Below are positions 46,928 through 58,620 of a stretch of DNA of 64,000 bases, one piece after another. Location: assembly GCA_965197925.1 (NCBI GenBank), contig CBDAOC010000019.1:256001-320000 (forward strand). Direction: 5' to 3'. The position numbers were made by a program, and so were the translations under genes. The notes beneath the pieces were generated by a model. It saw nothing but the letters and a program-made list of their open reading frames with translations, had not been told where the DNA came from and made no database searches. Numbering within the stretch: the first letter of the stretch is position 1; each line of letters opens with the position of its first letter. The DNA comes from Nitrososphaerales archaeon. GTDB taxonomy: Archaea; Thermoproteota; Nitrososphaeria; Nitrososphaerales; UBA213.

Positions 46928-47052
46928 CTAATACCCTAATTTTAAGGGGAATTAACAGTTATAAGCCTTTGCCCACACTTGAACCAAAAAATTCCCTTGT
47001 TAGGGAACAGAATTTTTTAGAATTGTACGGGGCCGCCAATGATAAGTTAAAC

Positions 47053-48048
47053 CTATATGAAATCAGATAGTCTATAGTTCCCTTTTATTAAGGGTTCAGC
47101 ATCATATCCAATTTTATTCAAATAAGCCGCAAGATCTATAGAATAACCATGACATGTATATACCTTGGCAGGGTTAGATACCTCTACTATTGAAACCAAT
47201 TCTTCAAAATCGCAATGATCGCTTAATGGTAGTATATAATCCATTCCGGCAGAATACTTGTACCAACTTGAAAGAGCCCAGCCACTAAAACCAATAGTAA
47301 TAGCCTTGTATTTCTCTTTCATCTCTTCAACAAACTTGGAATTAGAGTTCATTCTTGGCCCAATCATAAGCCATGGTTTCTTACTTAGTAAATTATCTTG
47401 TACTGCCTGTGAATATTGCATAGCTTGGCCTAAATCTATCCCCAATTCATCATAAGTACTATTAATCGCATGGACCGAATCATGTAAGAATATTGGATCC
47501 CAGTGCCCGAACAAACTTGTTAGTATCTGCGCCTTACCCAATGGATACCCCATCAAAATCACAGGTATTCCTTTCGAATACATATTAGAAATTATTTTGT
47601 TCACATGGTCAGTGATTTCCTTTATAGGTGGAAACCTAAATACAGGCTTACCAAAAGTAGACTCCAAAATGAGTGTCTCGCACTTGGGTATTTGGGCACC
47701 TTTGAGAAATGCCCTATTTCTTGTGCAAATATCCCCAGTGTAAAATATATTACCATCTATCAGTAAACCTTTTGAGCCCAAGATATGTCCAGAATCTACC
47801 AGCTCAAAACCATCCATTGATTCTTCGAAGTTTGAGATACGATGTCCCCTAATGCTAGCAATTTTAACCGTTTCAAAAGAAGTCAGAATATTTTTCCCAT
47901 TGCTAGGTGTGTGTAAATGATCCATATGTGCATGTGATACGAACACAACATCTGCATCTACGTTCTTTTTTGGATCAAGTGCTATATTCTTCCCATTATG
48001 GTGAACAATAATTCCGTTTCCAACCATAGTTGTTAGTGTTTTGCGCAA
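47053..48048 (-). CDS. MBL-fold/beta-CASP nuclease (Lhr-associated exonuclease-like)
   Basis: SHAHMDH, SGHILGS, YTGD, ESTFG, LSDHCDF, HG. Confidence 0.85.
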   Translation of the reverse strand: MRKTLTTMVGNGIIVHHNGKNIALDPKKNVDADVVFVSHAHMDHLHTPSNGKNILTSFETVKIASIRGHRISNFEESMDGFELVDSGHILGSKGLLIDGNIFYTGDICTRNRAFLKGAQIPKCETLILESTFGKPVFRFPPIKEITDHVNKIISNMYSKGIPVILMGYPLGKAQILTSLFGHWDPIFLHDSVHAINSTYDELGIDLGQAMQYSQAVQDNLLSKKPWLMIGPRMNSNSKFVEEMKEKYKAITIGFSGWALSSWYKYSAGMDYILPLSDHCDFEELVSIVEVSNPAKVYTCHGYSIDLAAYLNKIGYDAEPLIKGNYRLSDFI

Positions 48049-48290
48049 CTTTTCTAAAATAAAGATATTTTCATATAAACTTGTTCATTGCTGACACATT
48101 TATTTTTGGACTTCCTGTAATGTGTAATTGCATAGATCAACACATATTTCAATTCAGGTCTAATGGATTAGATCATTTTTTACTGGCTTCCATTTACAGA
48201 CCCATCATAAACATGTGTCTCAATGTATACTATATTGGGGTATTTCTCTTGTTCCGACATGAAAGAAGACCTGTATATTATTTCATAAAG

Positions 48291-48326
48291 ATTAATGTGG
48301 TAACAAAATTAATGTGGTAACAAAAT
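48291..48326. repeat. 17-bp tandem duplication
   Basis: ATTAATGTGGTAACAAA twice. Confidence 0.8.
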
Positions 48327-48824
48327 CACATATTAGGGGCGAACCTTAACTGAATGTGTCAATACCGACTTTCTTCAATAGAAACATTTGACCAGTATAT
48401 CCCCAAACTGGGCTTGGTAGGAATTTATAAAAATAAAAGTAAAGCAATATCAAACTTATTGTTACGAAAATAATGGATAAGAATTAATATCAATATTCAT
48501 TTCTGAGACATTGAATGATTCGCCATTTAGCTCTTATTCCTTAACTTTACTTCTTGTCACTCTCCAGTCTTTTAATCTATTATAACCATCATTCGGGATA
48601 TTTGTCTACAAATGAACATTAATTTGGCATAATATGAAAATAATCTATTTAAATCATAAAAATATTACAGGTTATAATCACTTTGTTGCATAACTCAAAG
48701 ATTCTGTAATTTTTTGTCTTATGGTTAAATAATGGAAATGCAATTCAGAATTTCATACCACAATAACAGAATAATTTCGTTATTCAGTAATAGGATTTCA
48801 TAGTTATGCAACAAGGCAGTTATA

Positions 48825-49421
48825 ATGAAAATTAATACAAATTCTTTATTGGTACTAACACTTGGAATTGCGAGCTTTGTTAATATCTGTTCCGGCCTCC
48901 AGCCAACCAATCTTATGTCAAGGTATACCCGCTACTATCATTGGCAGCCCTGGAGATGATGAAATTATGGGAACTTCTAGTGCAGACATTATCCTTGGCC
49001 TAGGAGGAAATGTCAGTATAGCTAGACTTCAGGGTACAAATATTATCTCCGGTGGTCCTGGTGATGATACTATTGGTGACGACCTCATGGAGGGCGGACC
49101 AGGAAATGGTATATTCTTTGGTGCTTATGGAAATGACACAATTATTGGTGGAGATAGGATTGACTTTGTTATTGGTGACCTGGTGATGATACCATCAAAG
49201 GCGGTGATGGTGATGATATTCTGAGAGGCGGTGATGGTGATGATAGGCTCGAGGGTGGAAGTGGAGCTGACCAATTGCATGGGGATTCTAATATCGATTC
49301 TCTTCTTGGTGGTCCAGGCGATGATACACTTGATGGTGGTCCGGGTACAGATATACTCAAAGGTGGTCTTGATACTGACATATGTCTTGATGGAGAAACA
49401 ATTACCACCTGTCTATGTTAG
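48825..49421 (+). pseudogene. Second RTX Ca-binding repeat protein, frameshifted
   Basis: MKINTNSLLVL signal from ATG 48825; CQGIPATIIG; GGxGDD repeats over three frames. Confidence 0.75.
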
Positions 49422-49595
49422 TATTAGAAAATCTGAAATATTCCTATTCAATGTTTACAAAATAAGATGATGATGAAAATGAGGGGAAGATCATTTCTTC
49501 ATACACGGCGCACCTATGTGTACAGATGACAAGAGTAGAAAGATGATTGTGATAACCACATAAATTTATTAAATAATGATACTATCGAATCTGCA

Positions 49596-50219
49596 TTGAT
49601 TAATTTAGGAATATTGGTGTCTGACAGAGGTAGCAATATGGAAGCAATTCTTGAAAAGATTAAAATTGGAACCATAAAGAATGTGAATCCTTCTATCATA
49701 ATAAGCAACAAATCTAACGCCAAAGCATTAGAAGCTGCAAAGAAGTACAACGTGAAATCACAGTTCTTGGATGATGAAGGTAGGAAGGGTGCAAATTGGG
49801 AATATGATAGAAAGATCGTGAACTGCCTTGATGAAAATAATGTTAGACCAGAAAACGGGCTAATATGCTTGGCAGGTTTCATGCGTATTATCAGCAAAGA
49901 ATTTGTGCAAATGTATAGGTGGGCTATAATGAATATTCATCCCGCCCTACTTCCATCTTTCTCTGGTCTCAATGCGCAGAAGCAAGCTCTTGAATTTGGC
50001 GCAAAAATTACTGGTTGCACCGTTCATTTTGTGGATGAGAGTGTTGATACGGGCCCTATAATAATTCAAGCTTCTGTAGAAGTAATGGATAACGATACGA
50101 TAGATTCTCTTGCAGATAGAATATTAGAACAAGAACACAGAGTATATCCGGAGGCTGTGAAACTTTTTGCAGAAAAAAGACTCTCAATAGAGGGAAGGAG
50201 AGTTAAAATTCAATTATGA
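49596..50219 (+). CDS. purN: Phosphoribosylglycinamide formyltransferase
   Basis: RGSNM, LAGFMRI, NIHPALLPSF, GCTVHFV, DTGPII. Confidence 0.96.
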   Translation: MINLGILVSDRGSNMEAILEKIKIGTIKNVNPSIIISNKSNAKALEAAKKYNVKSQFLDDEGRKGANWEYDRKIVNCLDENNVRPENGLICLAGFMRIISKEFVQMYRWAIMNIHPALLPSFSGLNAQKQALEFGAKITGCTVHFVDESVDTGPIIIQASVEVMDNDTIDSLADRILEQEHRVYPEAVKLFAEKRLSIEGRRVKIQL

Positions 50220-50794
50220 CTCGATTTAAGGAGTAAGGTAATATGCTGACCTCTTTAGGAAATTTGTAACATTTTATTAGTTATAGTCTTTGTTGTTAAA
50301 TGTTATTCTTTCTGTTGTCCACAGCCCCTTGATATTTAACTTATTATGGGGCTTAATGTTATATGATGCTTTCCTAATATTATATAATAATTCACTTTTT
50401 TAGCATGTTAAAAGATTGTGATGAATAGAAAAAGAGCGATGACACTCTAATCATGGACATTGCTTGGAATCTGTCTATTTAGGTTGGGTTATAATAAGTA
50501 AACAGGATAAATTTCGCTTTTCAAACTTATTACCAATACCAATCCAGAATGATTCTATAGTATTGTCGTAGACGGGATTTTATAGATTTTCATTAAGAAA
50601 ATATGAATGGTTTATTATCAATAATGTGATCATATGTGAATATAAAGCATCAATATTGGATGATAATAAATAATAATTTATTAATTTATTCTGATAGTGG
50701 ATGGGGTACGCACCCCCTACCATCTTACTTTCAATACAAATTACTATTAAAGAATACATTAAATCTATAAACAAGATTGTAGTTTTGTTCAATA

Positions 50795-51664
50795 TTGACA
50801 GGGCGTATAATTGATGGTAAGGAAGTTGCAAACCATATGAAAAAAAAGATCGCTTTGGCCGTTAAATTCCTAAAGGCTAGGGATATTGAACCCTGTCTTG
50901 CAACTGTTCTTGTTGGAGATAATCCAGCTTCTTCCACATATATTGGTATGAAGCAGAAAGCATGTTCAGAAGTTGGTATCAAAACTATCGATCATCATCC
51001 CCCACAGGAAGTTGAGACACAACAGTTGTTAGAATTAATAACCATTCTTAACGAAGACAGGAAGGTAAATGGTATATTAGTACAACTGCCCCTACCTAAT
51101 CAAATCACTGAGTTCGTTGTGACTGGAATGATAGATGTCAAAAAGGATGTAGATGGTCTAACACCCACTAATGCTGGTTTGTTGGCATATGATGTTGCAA
51201 TGCTAAAACCATGCACTCCTGCTGGTGTAATGGAATTACTAAATTATTATAACATAAAAGTGGAAGGGAAACACACCGTCGTTCTGAATAGAAGTATGCT
51301 GGTAGGCAAGCCTATTAGCCTAATGCTATTACATAAAAATGCAACCGTAACCATATGCCATTCCAAAACCCCAAATGTCGGCGAAGTTTGTAAGCAGGCA
51401 GACATACTGATTACTGCAGTTGGTAACAGAGGTAAATTTATGGTAACCGTAGATATGGTTAAAGATGGTGCGGTGGTGATTGATATAGCAACAAATAGGC
51501 TTAATGGAAAGCTTATTGGTGATGTTGATTTTGAAGCCGTGAAAGAGAAGGCCTCATATATCACTCCAGTACCTGGCGGAGTTGGCCCAATGACTGTGGC
51601 AATGTTGCTGAGAAATACAGTCTTGGCCACGTCACTTGGTCAAGGGATACAGGTAGATGTATAG
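50795..51664 (+). CDS. folD: Methylene-THF dehydrogenase/cyclohydrolase
   Basis: GILVQLPLP, KDVDG, PCTP, VGKP, TPVPGGVGPMT. Confidence 0.97.
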   Translation: MTGRIIDGKEVANHMKKKIALAVKFLKARDIEPCLATVLVGDNPASSTYIGMKQKACSEVGIKTIDHHPPQEVETQQLLELITILNEDRKVNGILVQLPLPNQITEFVVTGMIDVKKDVDGLTPTNAGLLAYDVAMLKPCTPAGVMELLNYYNIKVEGKHTVVLNRSMLVGKPISLMLLHKNATVTICHSKTPNVGEVCKQADILITAVGNRGKFMVTVDMVKDGAVVIDIATNRLNGKLIGDVDFEAVKEKASYITPVPGGVGPMTVAMLLRNTVLATSLGQGIQVDV

Positions 51665-52214
51665 TTCGAAGGACAAACTTCGTCAGACAATGTTAAAGAT
51701 TAGAAATTCGTTAAGTAGTGAAATCTTAGATAAAATGAGTGATGATATTCAGATCAAAACATGTGGTATGAACGAATTAACAAGGGCTAGTGCGGTAGCG
51801 GCATATCATCCCATAGGATCTGAGGTAAAGACTACTAATATTTTGAATGGAGTGTTGGAGATGAACAAAAAATTAGGATTACCAAAAATAATCAACGATT
51901 CTCTAGTTTTTGTACAAGTGAAGGATTTGGCTAATGATCTGGAAATAGGCAAATACAACATAATGACTCCAAAAGATCATTGTAAACAATTGGCAGATTT
52001 AGATTTGGTGTTCGTTCCAGGAATCTTATGGGATGAAAATGGATATAGAATAGGATATGGGGGGGGTTACTATGACAGATTTTTATCAAATATTGATACA
52101 GTCAGTATGGGATTAGCATATGAGTTTCAAGTCTTTGAAAATATACCACATGGAAAGACGGATTTTCGAGTTGACATGATAGTCACCGATAAGAGGATAA
52201 TTATGACAAAGTAA
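51657..52214 (+). CDS. 5-formyltetrahydrofolate cyclo-ligase
   Basis: KDKLR, VPG...GYRIGYGGGYYDRFL, D.IVT. Confidence 0.94.
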   Translation: MYSSKDKLRQTMLKIRNSLSSEILDKMSDDIQIKTCGMNELTRASAVAAYHPIGSEVKTTNILNGVLEMNKKLGLPKIINDSLVFVQVKDLANDLEIGKYNIMTPKDHCKQLADLDLVFVPGILWDENGYRIGYGGGYYDRFLSNIDTVSMGLAYEFQVFENIPHGKTDFRVDMIVTDKRIIMTK

Positions 52215-52375
52215 GTTATTAATACAACCATGTAATTTTTTACATAATACCTTTTCTTGCGGGTCTACCTTTTTACAATTAGATCTTATTTATGTAAACT
52301 TGCAAATATTTGGAATGTATTATCTTCTATAAAGGACAAATAAAGTGATGACATGTATAATTTTCATTATATATC

Positions 52376-53466
52376 TGAGGCTTGGGCATAATTCAATTAT
52401 AATATTATTTTGAAATTATTACTATTAGCTTCCCAACATATACTTCAATGCCCTTAATGGTCTTCCTGTTAGATGATTGTAGTAAACCATTACCTGATAC
52501 AACAATACTGATAACAACACTATACTCCTTACCTTATCAAATCCTCTAACTGGCAATGGATCTATGGTAAATACATCCTTTATCTGCTCTATCAATGGTT
52601 CAACACTTATGCTCCTCCGAGAATATACATGCTGCCCATATTCAGAGTTATAGAACTGCAGCAATGCCAGTCTATTATTATCTGTAGTATGCCTATACCT
52701 TTCCAATGGGAATACTGGATGCCTTCTATACCCGCTGAAATCACATAACTTGTGATCATCATATCCTTCATCTCCTACAACATACCTTACCATTCCTGTA
52801 GGCAATGAAGATGTTATGCTTTCATACATCTTGTTATCAGTAATGTTAGCTGTTGTGAAATCAGCTGATAATGGAACTATCAACGAACTTGTGCTACATG
52901 CTAGATGTAGTTTGTATCCGAATATCCATCCCTTGGTTCTGCTGAATCCCCATCGAGCATCTGTATCTATACCGGAGCGTGGCACTTCGTTCTTCTTCAT
53001 GTTTGATCTGTGCCATACATGTCCCTTTGCTTTCAACAATGAACTGTCAACGGATACTATGGCTGGGTCTACCAACCCATCTTTTATGAAGAGCATACCC
53101 ATAACATCTATCCTTGATCTTATGTCAATTGATATGGCCTTGACCTTCTGTCGAATGTTCTTCTGTCTGGCAACCTATCAAGACCACATGCCTTCATTAC
53201 CTTCCTGTTGTATGGCATGTCTATCGAAAAATATTGATGTAACACATTGTTGCTTGGTATTCTTATCCATACTCTAACGATGAAGCATCTCACCATAACT
53301 GTAGGAGAATAGTAGAATGGTCTACCCCTTTTCCTATTAGGTTTTGACTAGAATCACGTCAATCAAAAATAATATACGAAGGAGTATCGAGTCTGAGCTA
53401 AACACATTACCAATATGAACTGGAACCTGATCTTATCGTTTCGAACTAAATTACGCCCAAGCCTCA
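52376..53466 (-). mobile_element. IS copy 3, transposase frameshifted
   Basis: TIRs TGAGGCTTGGGCATAATT / AATTACGCCCAAGCCTCA; no flanking TSD. Confidence 0.92.
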
Positions 53467-53481
53467 ATTAACTATTAAATA

Positions 53482-53883
53482 TCACACCAGCGACTCATCA
53501 CTTATTGGTATAGGCTTTCTACCAGTGAATCCTTCATCTTTACCATGCCAGAATTTCACCTCATCCTCTCCATCCTTCCAACACAGCCATACCTCTGCTG
53601 TGAACTTCAGGGAAGGAAAATCGAGAAGACCTTCATCAACACTTTTGAGGATTATGCCCATACTTTCAAGATCCTCAATAGTTTTGTAAAGATTTGACAT
53701 GGCAGTGTTTAGTTCTTGTTTCTTTAAAATATATTTTTCAAATGTTCCTCCAGTATTGAGAATGTGTTGTAGATCTTCCTGCATGTTTAGGATCCGACTA
53801 CGCGTACCAATAATGAGGTTAAACTTTCGCTTTGCTTCAGGCAGAACTTTGTTTGCTTCCTTTGGAGTATAATATACAAACAT
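53482..53883 (-). CDS. DUF2203 family protein
   Basis: YTPKEAN..LP, GLLDFP, LCWKDGE...FWH...GFTGRKP. Confidence 0.88.
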   Translation of the reverse strand: MFVYYTPKEANKVLPEAKRKFNLIIGTRSRILNMQEDLQHILNTGGTFEKYILKKQELNTAMSNLYKTIEDLESMGIILKSVDEGLLDFPSLKFTAEVWLCWKDGEDEVKFWHGKDEGFTGRKPIPISDESLV

Positions 53884-54090
53884 AAGTATTCCCCTATTTG
53901 ATGTAATTTAACCATTCCCTTTCTAGCGACATTCCGCTTTTCACACCCAGATTTTTTCTTATAATTTTATTAACATGTTCATTAAAATGAATCCAAAAGG
54001 GTTTGGATAACTGCTATAATATGGTAATTATTTGATACAACATTGTAAATGTATTGAAATTTATATTTGAACAAATCAACCTGCAAGTAA

Positions 54091-55071
54091 TTGCTTTCAT
54101 TCTTGCATAAACAGAGAATCAATTTAGTTTATGTTGTTACGCATAGACTTGCTGATGTTGATGCATATTGTGCCTCATATGGCACAGGGAGATTATTAAA
54201 AGCGATTGGAAAAAATATGATAGTTAAGTTCGTCTTTCCGGAGGGACTCAACACTATAGCAAGAAAAGTGAGTAAAAGTTTTCCTATTTCTATAGAAAAT
54301 AATGCAGATTTCGCAAGAGCTGATCTTATTATCATAGTTGACACGAATAACCCTTTATTGTTGTCAAAATCAAGACAGGGGATCGTAGAGAGCAAAGCAG
54401 AAAAAATCCTCATAGATCATCATCCACTAGGGAAAAATGTAAAAAAAATTGCCAATGTTCTATTCGTTAATACCAAAGCATCCTCCGCAAGCGAAATAGT
54501 TTACGATCTCTACAGGTCAAATCAGATTAACATAAGCAAGCGTGTAGCACAGATCTTACTCTTAGGAATAATGGCAGATTCACAACATTTTTTCCTTGCA
54601 AGCGGTGAAACAATTACTGCGGTAAGCGAACTATATAAGATTGGGGCCTCGATAGATAGTGCAAAGAAAATTCTAACACGTGAAAGAGATCGCTCAGAAC
54701 GATTGGCAAGACTAAAGGCTGCAAGCAGAGTTACACTCTATAGTGTTAATGAATTCTTAATAGCCTTTGCTAGGATAGGTTCTTTTCATGCTTCAGTTGC
54801 AAAGTCTCTAATAGATCTTGGTGCCGATGTTGGTATTGCAGTTGGAGGCACTGGAAATCGTTCAAAAGCAAGTTTAAGAGCTACACCGAATTTCTACAGA
54901 TTATCGAATTTGCATCTTGGAATTGATGTAACGAGCAAACTATCAGAATCTGGTGGGGGACATGCAGTAGCCGCTTCTTTATCAAGGGAGGATGTTGATG
55001 AAAATACGTTGGGAGGACTTTTGTTGGATAAAGTGCAAGAAAAGGTGGGTAAGTTAAATTTGGTCAAGTAG
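54091..55071 (+). CDS. DHH-family phosphoesterase (NrnA-like)
   Basis: THRLADVDA, VD, IDHH, GIMAD, GGGHAVAA. Confidence 0.9.
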   Translation: MLSFLHKQRINLVYVVTHRLADVDAYCASYGTGRLLKAIGKNMIVKFVFPEGLNTIARKVSKSFPISIENNADFARADLIIIVDTNNPLLLSKSRQGIVESKAEKILIDHHPLGKNVKKIANVLFVNTKASSASEIVYDLYRSNQINISKRVAQILLLGIMADSQHFFLASGETITAVSELYKIGASIDSAKKILTRERDRSERLARLKAASRVTLYSVNEFLIAFARIGSFHASVAKSLIDLGADVGIAVGGTGNRSKASLRATPNFYRLSNLHLGIDVTSKLSESGGGHAVAASLSREDVDENTLGGLLLDKVQEKVGKLNLVK

Positions 55072-55777
55072 ATTATATTCGAATGTGATAGATCCTAATT
55101 TTAAATGTATCAATGATCAAGGGAATAGGGCTATCTAACCCCAAGTTCATTGTCAGAAGTACTGATTGGTGTGTGGTGAATATTTTTTGGGCAAAATCTA
55201 TAGTAGGGCCAATTGAGGAATGTGTTTGCTGTATTTTTTTTTATAACAGATTGACTTCCTACCACTAACATAATTGGAACCATTATCAGCCTTAGAGATG
55301 AAGGAATAATGTATTAGAAAGAATCTACTAGACATATATGTTCCATTCTTAAAAGATAGGACATCATCATAATTTGTTGCGAACTAAGGATTATTGAATG
55401 AATTGGTGAAGACTTAATTAATATTACAAAAGAAGACTTGGTTAGTTAGAACCCCTCATGGTGAATTCAATTGGTTAAACACTCAATATACAAACAGGAT
55501 TGGTTAGGGATAAACAAACGTTAGGTAGGTGAAATTCTAATACTCCTTCACGTTAGGTTTTCCCAGACCAGCAAATTCGATGCAGGAGTTGATCAAAAGA
55601 AGTATTAAACAGTGTTGTCGGCTCAAAAAATGCTTTCTCTGGATAGAAGGATGGGAAAAAATATGATGGCTTGGCCAAGACATTGTAAGGCATTGTAGTT
55701 GATGTATGGTCCAACTTGCATCTATAGTTTGGTGATGTAGACATCGAGAATGGGGTTATGATGGATGTATAGCTAAA

Positions 55778-56871
55778 TGAGGCATGGGCATTATTCCATA
55801 TAACAAAAATAACTTGATGCCTCTGATTGATTAACTTCCCAACATGTGCTTCAATGCCCTTAATGGTCTTCCTGTCAAGTAGTTGTAGTATACCATCAGC
55901 TGGTATAGCAATATAGAAATCAGAACGATGCTCCTAGCTTTATCGAACCCTCTAACTGGCAATGGATCTATGGTAAATACATCCTTTATCTGCTCTATCA
56001 ATGGTTCAACACTTATGCTCCTCCGAGAATATACATGCTGCCCATATTCAGAGTTATAGAACTGCAGCAATGCCAGTCTATTATTATCTGTAGTATGCCT
56101 ATACCTTTCCAATGGGAATACTGGATGCCCTCTATACCCGCTGAAATCACATAACTTGTGATCATCATATCCTTCATCTCCTACAACATACCTTACCATT
56201 CCTGTAGGCAATGAAGATGTTATGCTTTCATACATCTTGTTATCAGTAATGTTAGCTGTTGTGAAATCAGCTGATAATGGAACTATCAATGAACCTGTGC
56301 TACATGCTAGATGCAGTTTGTATCCGAATATCCATCCCTTGGTTCTGCTGTAGCCCCATCGAGCATCTGTATCTATACCGGAGCGTGGCACTTCATTCTT
56401 CTTCATGTTTGATCTATGCCATACATGTCCCTTTGCTTTCAACAATGAACTGTCAACGGATACTATGGCTGGGTCTACCAACCCATCTTTTATGAAGAGC
56501 ATACCCATAGCACCTATCCTTGATCTTATGTCAATTGATATGGCCTTGACCTTCTGTCGAATGTTCTTCTGTCTGGCAACCTATCAAGACCACATGCCTT
56601 CATTACCTTCCTGTTGTATGGCATGTCTATCGAATAGTATTCATGCAAAGCATTGTTGCCTGGTATTCTTACCCATACTCTAACGATGAAGCATCTCATC
56701 ATTACTGTAGGAGAATAGTAGAATGGTCTACCCCTTTTCCTAAGAGGTTTTGGCCGAATCACGTCAATCAAAAATAATATACGAAGGAGTATCGAGTCTG
56801 AGATAAACATATCAACAATAAAAACTAGAACCTGATCTTATCGTTTCGAACTAAATTACGCCCAAGCCTCA
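55778..56871 (-). mobile_element. IS copy 4, transposase frameshifted
   Basis: TIRs TGAGGCATGGGCATTATT / AATTACGCCCAAGCCTCA; flanking direct repeat GCTAAA. Confidence 0.93.
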
Positions 56872-57211
56872 GCTAAATAAAGAAATATCGGAACAGAAAT
56901 TGAGATAGCACTTTTGTATGACGTTACTCAATTTCTACACAAATGTTCTCTAAATTTCATAATATTGATGGAGAATCTGTATTAGCACAATAGTTCTTGA
57001 GATGTTGCGAAACGATATATTCAAATATCCTGAAACTACCAAAAAGGGATCGATGTCCCTCAATGCTCATTATTGGTGTAATTATTACAAGCAGTCCTGA
57101 AACAAAATATTGAAAATTACAATAGTTCTTCTTAATGTAATTAAAATGCTGTAACATTCAAGAATTTTTGGGATATTGCTTAATAGCCGTTTCACATTGA
57201 TAAATTTGGAT

Positions 57212-57900
57212 GTGAAATATATTAAAAAAGGAAAGATAAGAATTGTAGCGGACGAACGAGAAAGGAAAAGTAGAATACCCTATGAACGCACGAGGCTAAA
57301 TGCATAGGTTGATTTTAAGCAATTGGATGTGGGTGATTACCTAATTTCACCAAGTGGAGCCGTAGAACGTAAATCCATACGAGATCTGATGAATTCAATT
57401 TATGAAGGTAGGTTATTTACACAATGTTCCGAGCTTGCATTGCACTATGGCAAACCGATTTTAGTAATTGAAGGTGACATAAATTCTGTTGAGAAACTAA
57501 CTGACAATATGATGGTTTTTTATGGTGCGGTTGCAACTCTTGCACTCAATTTCAAGTTAGTAATTATACATACAGCAATAAAAAAAATACAGCCATGATG
57601 TTGTACTCATTGGCTCATAATGCATTGAAGAATAATGAGACAGGGCCACAAAAAATTAAAAAAAGGTAATGCGGTAGAAATTCAGCAATTATCAATTTTG
57701 GCATCATTGCCTGGTATAGGTGAAAAACTTGCCGTTAGAATGCTTACGAAGTTCAAAACACCAATTAAGGCTTTGAATGCATCAACGGCGGATCTTGCAC
57801 GGATTGGGGGAATGGGTTATGTTCGGGCATCGAAGTTACGCAAGATTTTTTTTAGATACAATACTAGTTGATGAAAAAATAGAGTTACAAACAGCCCTAG
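57212..57900 (+). pseudogene. xpf: Short-form XPF/ERCC4 nuclease with HhH domain, disrupted
   Basis: IVADERE...LDVGDY...VERKS..DL..S...GRLFTQ, LPGIGEKLA; in-frame TAG at 57305 plus frameshifts near 57590 and 57850. Confidence 0.82.
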
Positions 57901-58107
57901 ACACCTATGATATCAATGATAATAAAATATCATTAGATTATAGGTGATGGTTCTTGGTGCTGGCTGAATAAAAATGTCTTGTAGATAATATACATTAATG
58001 TAATTCCGTAATAAGAAAATCAAGAATCCGTTCTTTCTAGAATCAGAAACAACCTAATTGCAATCTCGGACGGAGAGCAAGTATTCTAGAATATTTCCAA
58101 CAAAAGA

Positions 58108-58620
58108 TCAATGCTTTTTATTATGTGTTAATTTTGTTCTAAGTCTATTTCCACAAGTTACGCATTGTTTTTCATTTTTCCTATACAATACACTACAAGC
58201 TGGGCAATATCTCAACCATGTTCCGACTTTTGTTATACCTTTACTCATTACATAAGACACTTGAATATTCGAAAGTTCCCCAACATTTGCTACAGCAAAA
58301 TCATCAGTTATTATTAATGGATTTGAATCCCTCAATTCAAAAGCCAATGCTATCACTGAAAGATCAGCTTCGGACATCTTAACGAGATCTCCACTTTTTT
58401 TAGCTATATATCTGGCAGAAGTTATGAATTTGGCTTCGGGTTCTATGACTTTCAGATTACTTGACTGTACAAGCACCTCTATTGCAGAAATTGAACTTTT
58501 AATATGTCTTATTTCCTCAAATACTTTGTCTGTAGTATAATATTTCAAAAGACCCGAGAAGGCAATCCCAGCATAAAATGCACTTGCGTCCAATATGACA
58601 CTAGAATCCGAGTTTAGCAA
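58108..58620 (-). CDS. nob1: Nob1-like PIN endonuclease with Zn ribbon
   Basis: ILDASAF, SEADLSVIALA, TDDFAVAN, CPAC...CVTCG. Confidence 0.9.
   Translation of the reverse strand: MLNSDSSVILDASAFYAGIAFSGLLKYYTTDKVFEEIRHIKSSISAIEVLVQSSNLKVIEPEAKFITSARYIAKKSGDLVKMSEADLSVIALAFELRDSNPLIITDDFAVANVGELSNIQVSYVMSKGITKVGTWLRYCPACSVLYRKNEKQCVTCGNRLRTKLTHNKKH

Noticed and set aside
55080..55777. Possible degraded coding sequence next to IS copy 4
   Set aside because: Many stops and no recognisable family
13724..57307. Stop-codon reassignment (TGA at a Trp position at 13724; in-frame TAG in xpf and the integrase)
   Set aside because: TGA, TAG and TAA all end intact core genes here, and the affected genes also contain TAA stops or frameshifts; ordinary nonsense mutations explain them
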